A stretch of DNA of 44,711 bases from Octopus sinensis (lineage: Eukaryota): positions 1 through 44,711 of the forward strand of contig NW_021834877.1 in NCBI RefSeq assembly GCF_006345805.1, given 5' to 3'. Shown piece by piece: positions 13,273 to 25,534 of this stretch. A program made the position numbers and the translations under genes. The notes beneath the pieces were generated by a model that saw only the letters and a list, made by a program, of their open reading frames with translations, was not told the DNA's origin and did no database searches. The number at the start of each line of letters is the position of its first letter. Within the stretch, counting starts at the first letter, position 1.

Positions 13273-14525
13273 ATATACATATAGTCACAGATAATTAGAC
13301 AGCGTTTGTGTATATGAGTGAGCAAGTGAGAAAGGTATGTGTGTGTGTATATGGTCACACACACACACACACGAAGTAAAGCAAAAGCGACACTGCCTAC
13401 ATTAAATCTAGTAAACGAATCCACTTAGGTTGTGAAATAATGAGCAGTCTCACTTAATATTTTTTTTATCAAAATCTTCATAAACACACGTTCTTCAGTT
13501 ATCTTGGGATTTCAACCTCATAATTACTTCACAGTTAGATTAGATAATTTTTTTTTCCTGCAGATATGATTAGTTAATTAGGTGAACGTACAGTAAAACG
13601 CAATTATGTGCATCTTTATTTTTATGTCACGTAGGAAGTAATCCTATTTCATTGTTTAAGAGTATAGTTTGAGTTTTATCTATTTCAAATGAGAAATACT
13701 AAATTTCTAAATCTCTCGTGTCCCTAGATGCAGCCCGGGCGGCTGGGGGTATTTGTCTCCCCTTCGTAAATGTATATAAGGACACAGGAAAAATGTGTCA
13801 TAGTCATCAGGAGGCGTCGATGCTTCCTAGGGCTAAACAGCGGTGGTGTACCCCCTACTGTCACGTTCGTGTTAGATTGACAGTATACAACCATTCTATT
13901 TCAAATGGAATATCCAGAAATACCATTTATCAGACGAGCTATTTTGACCCGTGCTTCGCTCGGGTTTTGGCGGTGGTGTTGTTTTGTGCATGTTGTCTCC
14001 TTTGCCCTTTCTTCTTTTGTTTGTCTTCTTTGCCTGGTTCCTTTTATTGCCCTCTTCTCTCTCTTTTTCTTATTTAAAATTTTTTTTCTTCGTCTTTATC
14101 TTCTTTTTCTTCTTTCTCTTCCGCACTTTCTTTTCTCCTTTTCCCATATTCCTCACCATGGCAACCAAACGGTATCCCCGAGCGACTTGCAACATTCTTC
14201 ACAACCTTCTTCGCAATCTTCTTGCCCACCTCATTTTACCTCCCAGCATAAATTTTGGCTCCAATCCGACCCCATCTACTGCCCCTTAAACCGTTCCTAT
14301 CCCGAGAGAAATAACCAAGAAATCAAACAACTTTTTCGTATTTTAGCTTTATAGATATAAATGTTAAACTCGAAATATTTTGTGGTCAATGTCAAACTCG
14401 AGTGAGCCTCGGGCCCAGCTCCATTGCTGTAATTAGTTACTCTCGCCCTTTATGTTATAAGGTTAATTTCCTAATTTTCGCTAGTGTAAATAATACCTTT
14501 ATACTAAACGAGGTCTTTTAAATAT

Positions 14526-14758
14526 GTTTCTTTATTACCCACAAGGGGCTAAACATAGAGGGGACAAAACAAGGACAGACAAACGAATGGAAGTCGATTA
14601 CATCGACCCCAGTGCGTAACTGGTACTTTATTTATCGACCCCGAAAGGATGAAAGGCAAAGTCGACCTCGGCGGAATTTGAACTCAGAACGTAACGGCAG
14701 ACGAAATACGGCTACGCATTTCGCCTGGCGTGCTAACGTTTCTGCCAGCTCGCCGCCT
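14526..14758 (-). mobile_element. SINE family C, near-consensus copy
   Basis: Reverse complement of the family C head, central domain (CCGAGGTCGACTTTGCCTTTCATCCTTTCGGGGTCGATAAA) and tail (TTTAGCCCCTTGTGGGTAATAAAGAAA). Confidence 0.9.
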
Positions 14759-15468
14759 TTATATCCGTGACATTATAGTATGAGCTTTCAGGATATCTAT
14801 CAATCTACGAAGCTTTAGTAGGAACTCTCGCTTTTCTCATTTTCCGTTTTCCCGTTTAATTTATTAATATATATTTTATACTCACTTATGTATGACTATT
14901 TTATAAATGTTTTGAGGCCCGTCTAATTTTTTATTTTATATTATATTCCTTAGCTCAACATCTACATTGTCTAAATTCTACTTATGTTTTCATGCATTTC
15001 ATTTCCTTTCCTTCGAGGTTGGTGTTTGGCCATCTGGTCCTGTTTGTTTATACCTATTAAACACCTTTACGTATTCTTGCTCAATACACAGCATTGCTTC
15101 AAAGACAGAAATCAATAATTCAGATAAAAATTATGGTGCTTAAGAGAAAATCAAAAGAGTGAATTGGTAAAATATATTTGCTCTATTTAGAGCGGCGAGC
15201 TGGTAGAATCGTCTGCATTTTGGGCGAAGGGCTTAGCAGTACTTCGCTAAGTCTCATGTAAGTTTTAGTAATCTTCGAAAAAAATAATGGGCTCTCTCCA
15301 ACAAAGTATTCAACTAAAACTACAAAGATAGTGTGATACTAACAAAACAATTAATAAACAAAACTCTTTATAATCTAAATACGTTTCTCTTCGGAGAGAT
15401 TCTGTTATCGTATGGGATACAGCTTAAAATATGGGATACAAGGTTTGGAAGCCGACCAGATTATACCT

Positions 15469-15695
15469 ATTTCTTTACTATCCACAAGGGGCTAAACACA
15501 GAGAGGACAAACAAGGAGAGACAAAGGGATTAAGTCGATTATATCGACCCCAGTGCGTAACTGGTACTTATTTAATCGACCCCGAAAGGATGAAAGGCAA
15601 AGTCGACCTCGGCGGAATTTGATCTCAGAACGTAACGGCAGACGAAATACGGCTACGCATTTCGCCCGGCGTGCTAACGTTTCTGCCAGCCAGCA
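15469..15695 (-). mobile_element. SINE family C with 15-bp target-site duplication
   Basis: Family C sequence flanked by GACCAGATTATACCT at 15454-15468 and 15696-15710. Confidence 0.92.
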
Positions 15696-16277
15696 GACCA
15701 GATTATACCTGTCCGTGCGTCGGTGTATTTGTAATTCTGTTTAAATTTACAGTTAATCTCTAATCTGTTTATCAGTCAATCTATCAATATGTTTATCCCT
15801 TTGCGGGTTTAGAATGATCTCTAATTTATAAACACGGTTTCATATGTACAGACCAATAGAAACTGATACTGCGCAGCGGTCAACTCTGTGCGAAGGTATT
15901 ATATTAAAGAATCAGTATTAACTACATCAGTGCTCTGGTGATTATCTTACAGATCTTGTGTTCTTTATTATTTAATGTAAGTTGATCTATCTGGAACCGT
16001 ATTTTTATAGAATGTCTGCTATTATATATCTATTATCGCTGCACACAAACCCCACCGTGTTACCCATTGTTATCAAATTGTTTAGACCACATGTTGTGGC
16101 TATTCTGATAGCAGTATCTATACTTGTGGTAATCATATTAAAATGGTGTCCAGCAGAGAAATCCAATATCAACAGCCAGATAAAAACAATCTCGCTGATT
16201 CATCCTTATCGTGTAAGCGCGTCAGTTATCACGGATATATTTTCAGATTCAGGATTTTAAAAAAATAATAGATTAAC

Positions 16278-16686
16278 AGGCGCAGGAGTGGCTGTGTGGT
16301 AAGTAGCTTGCTAAACAACCACATGGTTCCGGGTTCAGTCCCACTGCGTAGCATCTTGGGCAAGTGTCTTCTGCTATAGCCCTGGGCCGACCAATGCCTT
16401 GTGAGTGGATTTGGTAGACGGAAACTGAAAGAAGCCTGTCGTATATATGTATATATGTATATATGTGTGTGTGTGTATGTGTGTGTGTTTGTACCGCCTA
16501 GCATTGCTTGATAACCGATGCTGGTGTGTTTACGTCCCCGTCACTTAGCGGTTCGGCAAAGAGACCGATAGAATAAGTACTGGGCTTACAAAGAATAAGT
16601 CCCGGGGTCGATTTGCTCGACTAAAGGCGGTGCTCCAGCATGGCCGCAGTCAAATGACTGAAACAAGTAAAAGAGTAAAAAGAGTA
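16278..16686 (+). mobile_element. SINE family B, full length
   Basis: tRNA-like head (GTGGCTGTGTGGTAAG...GGTTCAGTCCC), CORE-like TTGGGCAAGTGTCTT, internal (TA)/(TG)n, 3' module ending in (AAAAGAGT)n. Confidence 0.92.
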
Positions 16687-17089
16687 ACAGATTGATATTA
16701 TATTTTATTGTCAAGGACATTATGAGATACAATATATTTTGCAGGAGACGCCTCTCAACGCAAAAATGGCGTAGAATCAGTGATGCACATTTTTGTTGTG
16801 GTTGTTGTTGTTTACAACCCTGTCATCACTTTACGAGGAGGCCTTGGACTGAAGATTTGGCCATCCAATCTAATTGTATGTCCAAAGACTACATTGTCCA
16901 ATCTAGACTTGTAGAGTGTGTTTACAAGGCTGGTTGGTTGATATGTTATGCAGACTGATCGATGAACGGCAAATTCCCTGGTTGTTACGAGTAATATGTA
17001 TATTCGATGCAATATAAATTTGAAACCACGCCTAACGGATTGAGTGACCACGTAGAGGATAACGAATTGGTTCATAAATATTTTAATAA

Positions 17090-17655
17090 TTGGGTGTCCG
17101 GAAAGTTCGTGCCGATTTATAGTAGCTTACCTTTCGACTTATTTTAGAACATGGTTGAGTCCATAAAATAGGATTTGACTACACCTTCATTTAGAGCACC
17201 GTTTAAGCTATCTTTTCGTGGAAGAAGGTTTATGTTCCTATAACCTGTGTTAATTTTGTAACTCTTTAAAATGGAAGATAAGAAAGTTCCTTTTCGGCAC
17301 TTGATGCTTTGGGGACCAGACAAAAATTGCTGAAACTCGGCCGGGATGTGTTACCCCACCCTCCATATTCACCAGTTATTGCTCCTTCGGATTGCCACTT
17401 ATTCAGGTCTCTCCAGAATAGTCTTAATGGTAAAAAGTTCAATTCCTTGGATGACGTAAAAAGATACCTTGATGAATTCTTTGCCATGAAACCACCTCAA
17501 TTCTGAGAAGTGGGTATTTTCAAGTCAAAAGGAAAGATGGAGACGCATTGTGCAACAAAATGGCTCATATTTGGTTGATTAAAAATGTAATGGCAAGTAT
17601 CTATTGACCTTTTTCTTTCCTTTAAAAATCGGCATGAACTTTCCGGACAACCCAA
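17090..17655 (+). mobile_element. Internally deleted mariner transposon, both TIRs present
   Basis: TIRs TTGGG-TGTCCGGAAAGTTCGTGCCGATTT and AAATCGGCATGAACTTTCCGGACAACCCAA followed by TA (17656-17657). N-terminus MEDKKVPFRHLML (ATG 17271) is fused to C-terminal TRQKLLKLGRDVLPHPPYSPVIAPSDCHLFRSLQN (mariner HPPYSPDLAPSD motif). Confidence 0.92.
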
Positions 17656-17675
17656 TAGTTTTGTACCGACGGATG

Positions 17676-17880
17676 GCGGCGGGCTGGCAGAATTGATCAC
17701 AAGCTGGACAAAGTGCTTAGTGGCATTTCGTCCGTCTTTATATTTAATATTTTACATTCAAATGCTGCTGAGGTCGGTCGACTCTGTCTTTCGGGGTCAA
17801 TAAAATAAGTAGCAATTGATCACTGGGGTCGATATATTTGACTAGCTCCTATACCTCAAATTTCAAGTCTTGTGTCTATA
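17676..17880 (+). mobile_element. Diverged SINE family C
   Basis: GGCGGCGGGCTGGCAGAA head, CTTAGTGGCATTTCGTC, GAGGTCG, TTTCGGGGTCAATAAAATAAGTA, CACTGGGGTCGATA. Confidence 0.75.
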
Positions 17881-18642
17881 TTAGGAAGGACTTTAGAACC
17901 GATTATAGGTTAATATGGTATTATTGCAGGGTGTCTAATCGTTCTCTCAATATTTCGTTTCTTCACACTTCCATTGTAAGTTATAACAGTAAGTCATCGG
18001 TCAATAGACATGACCAAGTTTGACTTCGTTTTATGAAATCGAAGTTATCAGTGATGAACCTTACTAATAAATGTGATATGGAATCACCCTATTACGATCC
18101 GGAAACATCATTTTTTTTTTAGAAATAAAAAAAAAGTCGGAAGCGGAACAACAAAATATACCCAAAATTTAAAAATTTAAAAATAAAACCAACAACCACA
18201 AAGACCATACATATGCTGTGTTATTTCATTGGTTAGTAAATAAAAGACCAACATGAGATTTGATTACGGCCTCAAGATATAAAAAAAAATTACTTTCTCA
18301 ATGTTGTTAGTTTAATTTTCCGATGAATTTCATTGCTTTAATTTATTTTTTATTATTGACCGTATCGGAGAAATTACTTCGCTAAATTTTTTGATCACTT
18401 GTTTTTTTTTTGTTTTTTTTTTTTAAATTTGAGGTAAACAAATAATGAATCTAAAATTTGTGGTATTTGTTAACAAAGTCAATTTCATACAAATTAACTT
18501 TTAATTCTGAACAAATTAGTATATACATCATTGCAATTGAAACGTTGTGTTGTACAGGAAGATTCTCCTCTCCCCTGCAGCGAAGATGTAGATAAGTGAT
18601 ACGGATGTAGTGTATGTCTGTATATATATATGATATATATAT

Positions 18643-18683
<41 letters not shown>

Positions 18684-18816
18684 TATATATATATATAGAT
18701 ATATATACGATATATATATACATATATATATATACATATTATATACAATATATACATATACTATATAATATATATACATATATATATATACATATATATA
18801 ATATATATATATAAAC

Positions 18817-18878
<62 letters not shown>

Positions 18879-19106
18879 ATATATAATTATATATATATAT
18901 ACACACTATATATATATATATATTCATTTATATGTACATGTGCGTGGGTGGGTGGGTGTGTATTTGCATTTTAATTCTTTACTGCATTTTTCCTTTCCGT
19001 TTTTTTTTTAACATTTCAACGTCTTGTTCGAGAGGAAACATGTGTGGGTGTTTGTATGTTAGGTGAGTGAGTGTGTATGTGTGTGCGTGACTTCGTGTTT
19101 TGCCCA

Positions 19107-19262
19107 ACCACCACCACCACCACCACCACCACCACAACCACTACCACTACCATCGTCACCACCACCACCACCACCACCACTACCATCGTCACCACCACCA
19201 CACCACCACCACCACCACCATCAACACCATCACCACCACTAGCACCACCACCGCCACCATTA
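19107..19262. repeat. (ACC)n trinucleotide tract
   Basis: Visible; explains the poly-T/P/H/V ORFs at 19016-19432. Confidence 0.95.
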
Positions 19263-19552
19263 CGAAAACCTCCACCGCTGCTGCCGCAAGGTTGCAGGTG
19301 AGGTAGCCGGAGTAGGAGTAGCAGGAGTAGGAACTTTCTGATTGAACGGTGAATGGAGTGGATATTGGTTTTCAGCGACGACAGGAAGCAAGAACAATAA
19401 CAATCTGATGAATGATTTGAGAACTGCGACAAGAGGAAAGTGGAGGGAGAAAATCAATGTGAAGGTGATACGTGTGTATGTGTGTGTGTATGTGTGTGTG
19501 TGTGTGTATAGAGGCACACACAGACACGCGTATTTATAGACACATATGTTTA

Positions 19553-19586
<34 letters not shown>

Positions 19587-20391
19587 AACACATACATACA
19601 CACATATATATATTTACATATATATACATATATATATGCATATAAATATATGTGTGTGTGTGTGTGTGTATACATATACACGCGCTTATATATACATGCA
19701 TATGCATACATACGTGCACAATTACACATGCACACAAATATTGGTCAGAATCACCAAGAACTATGTTCTATGAAATGCCATATAAGTGGCAGAGTATTCC
19801 AGACACCCGTGTACCCTTAATGCAATTCTCACGCACAATCAGGTGACTCTCTGCTACTAATTTTCACCTTGAAGTAACAGCTTCAATGCTTTCGATGGGT
19901 TTGCATGCTGTTTTCCTCTACCTCATTTGCATATAGTGTATATTTGCATATATATTCATCAATTATGAATCAGCAGTTCGGGCCCTTAGAAATTGTGTTA
20001 AAATATCTCTCTAGGAGAATGTCACTCTATTATAAAACCAGATTTACAGGGAACGACATTGAGCATTTTCAGGATCTTGAGATTGAGGCCATGCCGCTCC
20101 TACACTCCTGAGCGTGCGACCCATATTGACTTTTGATATCTTCGCCACTATCTGAAATCCAATAAAGTAGGAGGGCATCGTGGCAAGCATGAAGGCTGCG
20201 AACGCTAAGCCGAGTAAGGCCAACGAGTGGTGGAATAACCTTGTGTATATAGCTTAAATGATTATCATTATTATATTAATGTTAATGTTCATGAAATGCA
20301 TTTCCCATGATGTATTGAAACAATTTGAACCCACAGAAATGAAAATAATACCATAAGTTATATTATAATGTGTGTGTATACATATATACAT

Positions 20392-20556
20392 AAGCGCAAG
20401 TGTGGCTGTCGTAAGAAGCTTGCTTCCCAACCACATAGTTCCGGATTCAGCCCCCCAGCGTGGCACCTTGGGCAGGTGTCTTCTATTATAGCCTCGGGCC
20501 GTCCAAAGCTTTTGTGAGTGGATTTGATAGAGGGAAAATGAAAGAAGCCCCAGTCG
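20392..20556 (+). mobile_element. SINE family B, 5' half only
   Basis: Head plus CORE-like segment ending at GAAAGAAGCCC-GTCG then (TA)n; 3' module absent. Confidence 0.85.
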
Positions 20557-20583
20557 TGTGTATATATATATATATATATATAA

Positions 20584-20829
20584 TGTTCCTTCTGGAGCCA
20601 TGCCAGGCTCATAAGGGCCGGTTTCCTGGTTTCAGAAGCGTAGAAATTCTCCACCTAGACGGGACGCCGGTCCGTCGCAGGATTACACATTTTTGACAGT
20701 TGAGTGGACTGGAGCAATGTGAAAATGAAGTGTTTTACTCAAGAACACAGCGCATCACCCGGTCCAGGAATCGAAACAAACAACCTTACAATCATAAGTT
20801 TAACATCCTGACCACTAAGCCACACGCCT

Positions 20830-20831
<2 letters not shown>
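20584..20831 (-). mobile_element. SINE family D, full length
   Basis: Reverse complement: GGAGGCGTGTGGCTTAGTGGTCAGG...TTTCGATTCC...TTGAGTAAAACACTT...CCTGCGACGGACCGGCGTCCCGTC...GGAAACCGGCCCTTATGAGCC. Confidence 0.88.
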
Positions 20832-20899
<68 letters not shown>

Positions 20900-21230
20900 A
20901 CACACACATATATATATTATTGTGCAAGTACAAAGATATATTTTTCAATGGGTAAGGACTGACAGAGCAGCATATATAGGATAAAATGCTTACAGAGCAG
21001 AAAAATCTGTCAGCACCTAGCCATAAGACCCAATTGCAGGATGTGAGTTCGAGTCTCATGATTGGTTGCCGAAAGATTTTTCTGCTCTGTAAGTATTTTA
21101 TCCTATATATGCTGTTCTGTCAGTACTTACGGGTTGAAAAATATATCTTTCTACTTGTACTACAATACATTTCATCGCTTCAAAAACAAACTTATATTTG
21201 TTTACATATGACTTAATAATTATGTATATA

Positions 21231-21378
21231 TTTGTGTGTCCTCCTATCATCGCTTGACAATAGAATAAGTACTAGGCTTGCAAAAGAAAAAAGTCCAGGG
21301 GTCGGTTTGTTCGACTAAAGGCAGTGCTCCAGCATAGCCGCTGTGAAATAACCGAAACAAATCTAAGAATAAAAGAAT
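21231..21378 (+). mobile_element. SINE family B, 3' half only
   Basis: TAGAATAAGTACTAGGCTT...GGGGTCGGTTTGTTCGACTAAAGGCAGTGCTCCAGCAT. Confidence 0.8.
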
Positions 21379-21394
21379 ATACATACATATATAC

Positions 21395-21473
21395 ATGAAG
21401 GAGCTTTGGGTCTAGGTTAGAAACCGGTTGTCTCTCTATTGGCAAGAAATCTTGAAATAAACTGAATAATAAC

Positions 21474-21513
<40 letters not shown>

Positions 21514-21645
21514 GTCTATCTATACACATACATACAAACAAAAATACCCTGTTGTTGATGCTGAAATTCCAATGAAGGGGATTGGATCTAGGTTAGAAAC
21601 CGGTTCTTTCTCTATTGGCAATAAATCTTTAAATAAATTGAATAA
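21395..21645 (+). repeat. Two copies of a microsatellite-embedded mini-element with hammerhead-like architecture
   Basis: ATGAAGG...TCTAGGTTAGAAACCGGTT...CTCTATTGGCAA-AAATCTT-AAATAAA-TGAATAAT at 21395-21470 and ~21571-21645, separated by (TATC)n. Confidence 0.7.
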
Positions 21646-22231
21646 TGAAATACATACATACATACATACATACATACATACAAACATACATGCATACATA
21701 CATACAAACATACATACATACATACAAACATACATACATACATACATACATACATACATACGTATACATAGGAATTGCGATGTGGAGTGTATATTTGAGT
21801 CTAAATGTATTCAATCATAAACTGAAGTTTTTGATATCATCATTCTTAAAGTAATCCTCCATCGAAATCCTTTCAGATATCGCCCTGGGTGGCATCTCGC
21901 TCCCACTAAATTAAATGAAAACAACTAATGCTTAGCTTCACATAATCTTTACATCTCTCATCTGGAACTCATCAGAAGTTATGCAGTACAGTTTAAGTTG
22001 GTGGGCGAATAGGAGAGTAGTTAGCAGTAAAAAGTAGACGCTTAGAGAAGCATGTTGATATTGTTGTTTTGCCCCCGATAAACTTAAATCAAGTATAGTG
22101 GTGACAAAAGTACTTTACTATACTTCCGCCATTTATCTCCTCAGATATTATAGTTCCATATTTAAGAGATGAGGAATTATGTACATTATTTACATTATTT
22201 ACATTGTTAACATTTGACGGATAATTACTGT

Positions 22232-22279
22232 TAACATAACGTTTCAGCTAATATACCCTCCAGCCTTCATCAGGTATCT
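22232..22279 (-). ncRNA. Minimal type-I hammerhead ribozyme motif
   Basis: Reverse complement AGATAC-CTGATGA-A-GGCT-GGAGGGTATATT-AGCT-GAAA-CGT-T-ATGTT. Intact core, 4-bp stem II, palindromic ACGT stem III, GUU site; stem I has a C-A mismatch next to the core. Confidence 0.65.
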
Positions 22280-22329
22280 TGGGGAAATTTCGAACCTGGG
22301 TTCTCATTCCTAAGGTATTTTTCGATGTC

Positions 22330-22550
22330 AGAATCGTTAACATGCTGAACGAAATGCTTAGCGGTATTTCGTCTGCCGTTACGGTCTGAGTTCAAATTCC
22401 GCCGAGGTCGACTTTGCCTTTCATCCTTTCGGGGTCGATAAATTAAGTACCAGTTACGCACTAGGGTCGATGTAATCGACCTAATCCCTTTGTATGTCCT
22501 TGTTTGTCCCCTCTGTGTTTAGCCCCTTGTAGGCAACAAAAAATATATTA
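22330..22550 (+). mobile_element. SINE family C, head-truncated
   Basis: GAAATGCTTAGCGGTATTTCGTCTGCCGTTACG through TTTAGCCCCTTGTAGGCAACAAAAAATA. Confidence 0.9.
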
Positions 22551-22596
22551 TCATTGTTATTATTATTACTATTAATTATTATTATTATTATTATTA

Positions 22597-22647
<51 letters not shown>

Positions 22648-22929
22648 TATTATTATTATTATTATTCAGGTCACTCTCTGGAATCGAACTCGGAAACAAT
22701 ACACACACACACACACACAGTGAAACACATATACACACCATACGCATATATACATATACCCTTTTTCCTCTTAATCCTTTCTGTCAATGAGCGTAGGCTC
22801 AACACATAAAAGACTTTTCCATTTTTCCCGAGCGTTAAACAAATACACCTGCTTGTTCCTACAACTATCTTCGACTTTTCTCTTTTTTTTTTTGTAAATT
22901 TGAAATATGTGTGTGTGTGTGTGATGTCC

Positions 22930-23225
22930 TTCGATCAATTTCCAACTGTTCTTTCAGTTCACGACATGCATTCAGTGAACAAGCGAGACACAAAATTTGC
23001 TCTTTTCATTCAGAATTCTTCGCTCAAAATTCGTTGGAAGGAGCTCCAGGACACATCAGTCATATCAACGAGTTTATCAATTGTTAGGAGATGACGTTTT
23101 CATTCGTTCGGTAGATCGATGGACACCCTGAACGAGGCTGGTCTTCAAGCGACAAGTGACCATTTCAAAAGCTTAAAAATACTCGTAAACTTGTGTTAGG
23201 CTCATTACAGCATGGCAACTGTTTC
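22930..23225 (-). pseudogene. Mariner transposase N-terminal (HTH) fragment
   Basis: Minus-strand translation NGHLSLEDQPRSGCPS...TNENV (frameshift) LTIDKLVDMTDVSWSSFQRILSEEF*MKRANFVSRLFTE, matching the mariner EDxPRSGRP and KxxxxxVPRxLT motifs. Confidence 0.8.
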
Positions 23226-23729
23226 AATCACCTTAGCGGGAAATTATTCTTTCTCCAAAGCACTGCCGTAGCAACTGCTTTGCTTCTCTTGCGGTATGAC
23301 CAGTTGCTCCATCTGGCTGGAACAATGTGTGAGGTCTAATTTGAATGGCATTCACGTTCCTCAGACTTGACACTAACTCGGCTTTTTTCTTGTGGGGATA
23401 CCTGAAAGAGAGGGTTTACATCAACAAACCGGAGGCCCAGGTGCAATTGAAGGAAAAGATCAATAGAGAAATCAGAGAAGTAGGGATTGAAACTCTTGAA
23501 GGTGTTATGGTGCAAGGTTTGGAAAAAGCACGGGAGTGCGACGCCGAAAATGGCTGCCATTTAAGCGATGTCATTTTTCATATGTGATGTTGCGGTGATG
23601 CAAAATGTGACTTATGCATATAAATTTGCGTTATGTCCTTTATATTGTATCAAAATTTCATGCATTTATTTGTAAAGTTAAGGATGTTATTAGAAATTGA
23701 AATTCATCAGTGACTTTTGGGACACCCTG
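23226..23729 (+). pseudogene. Tc1/mariner-superfamily transposase C-terminus with right TIR; 5' ~107 bp inverted
   Basis: Plus strand from ~23335: EWHSRSSDLT (frameshift) FFLWGYLKERVYINKP...CDAENGCHLSDVIFH, then TIR ...TTTTGGGACACCCTG followed by TA. Minus strand 23332-23226: FQPDGATGHTAREAKQLLRQCFGERIISR*GD. Confidence 0.82.
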
Positions 23730-25534
23730 TATATATATATTTTGTATTGTATTGTAGTATGATTATAGACATTTATATAACTATTTATTTTATAATATAT
23801 GTGATTGTGTGTGTATGTATATATGTGTATATGATGATGTGTGTGTATATATATGTATATGTATATACATTTATTTATGTGTATGTGTGTGGGTGTGTAT
23901 ATATAGGTGTAAGTGTATATATTGAGTATTGTATGTATGTACATGTATGCATGAGTGTGCATATGTGTATGTGTGTATGTATGTGTATATGTGTGTATAT
24001 ATGTATATGTATGTATGTGTGTATGTATGTGTATATGTATGTATGTATATGTATAAGTATATATATATATGTATATATATATATATGTATGTATGTATAT
24101 TTTCTTATATATTTATGTATACGTATGTATAGTTATACTACAAATTTTGATAAGTATTTACAGATTTTGTTATGATCACTAATTTTAGCTTATAATTATA
24201 AGGGCATGGGAAAGAATTTATAGTATGTAGAGGGGTTACTATATAAATTAATTTTTATATATTTATTAATCTTATAAGATTTTTAGAATATATTTAATAA
24301 TTAGTGGTTTTTAATCATTTAAATCATTTAATTTATTTTGTTTTAAGTTTCATTTATCATAGTTATTTTATTAATAAATATTATAGTATAGAGAGATTTT
24401 ATTCTTTATTTGTGACTTCATTATTTTTACAATGATAAACAAATAATTTTCCCATTCACAATCTTTAATAAAACGTAGGTTCCTCACGCGTAATGAATTC
24501 TTCAACAATTTATTCTTTTTTTTGCTAATAACCTAATTCCACGAGTATTCTTATAAACGCTGTAAAAAACGTTTTCTGATTCAAAATTTTAGTTCATTGA
24601 TTAAACCTCGCCAAGTTAAGTATGTATTTATTTAAGATCTTCAAATTGTAAATTTTAATATTGTATAAGCCTTTGGAGTAATAATATTCTCCTTATGTAA
24701 ATATCGTTGTTTATGTAATGATCTAATTATCGTAATTTTCTATATTATTAGATATTAAATTTAAGTTTATTCGTAAGATACTTCTTAGCGAAAGATTTAT
24801 TATTTGATAGCAAGCATAAGAGGTGTATTAAGTTAGGCTTTGTATATACATGTTTTAATAGTATTAATTGTAATTTTAAATTTATAATTAAATTAGATAA
24901 ACTTTGATAAACTTAGATATGTTTCGACTAAAGATTGGTCCAGAGCATGTCTAATTTAATAGCATAACTTAGTTATTTCTTTAAATTTATATTCGATAAT
25001 TATTCCCATTCATAATTATATTTATAGTACTTATAGTATTTATTCGATACTATATTACTACGAATTGATTATTTCTAAAAGTATTTTACATAAGATTTCC
25101 GAAAGTTCGTTTAAGTTAGTTTATTTGTATTTTGAAATTAGCTATTTCATCTTTAAATATGAAAAATTAAATTTATTAGGTTTTTATTATATGTGCATAT
25201 ACAATTATTTATAGAGATTATTTTAGATCTTAATTATAATATTATATACATTTATATATTTTCATTGATAATTTATATATTTTAGTCATTTTAAATATTT
25301 ATGTAATTAGATATAGACTAATATTGATATTAGATTATGGGTGGGTTTCCTACCTTATAAATTAAAATTAATATTTAACATTATAGTCGATTTGGATATA
25401 ATCATAATTGTTAAGTTCTATGTCTCTAGTTTGATAATAGAGTTTATTATAAGTAAAATTATTATATTATATATATTATTTATATCTTAAAAATATTGTT
25501 TAAATATTTCTGATTATATTTTAGATATTTCAAT

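Noticed and set aside
16790-17075. Possible RTE-type LINE 3' end (FGHTIRL, (AAC)n tail) on the minus strand
   Set aside because: A single short motif and wrong spacing to the stop; not supportable without a search.
17926-17936. CAGGGTGTC as left TIR partner of the 23729 transposon end
   Set aside because: Only 9 bp match; the adjacent TIR sequence does not agree.
24150-25530. Mitochondrial insertion (NUMT)
   Set aside because: AT-richness fits, but no cox/nad/cob motif, mt-tRNA or rRNA signature was recognised by eye; not excluded without BLAST.
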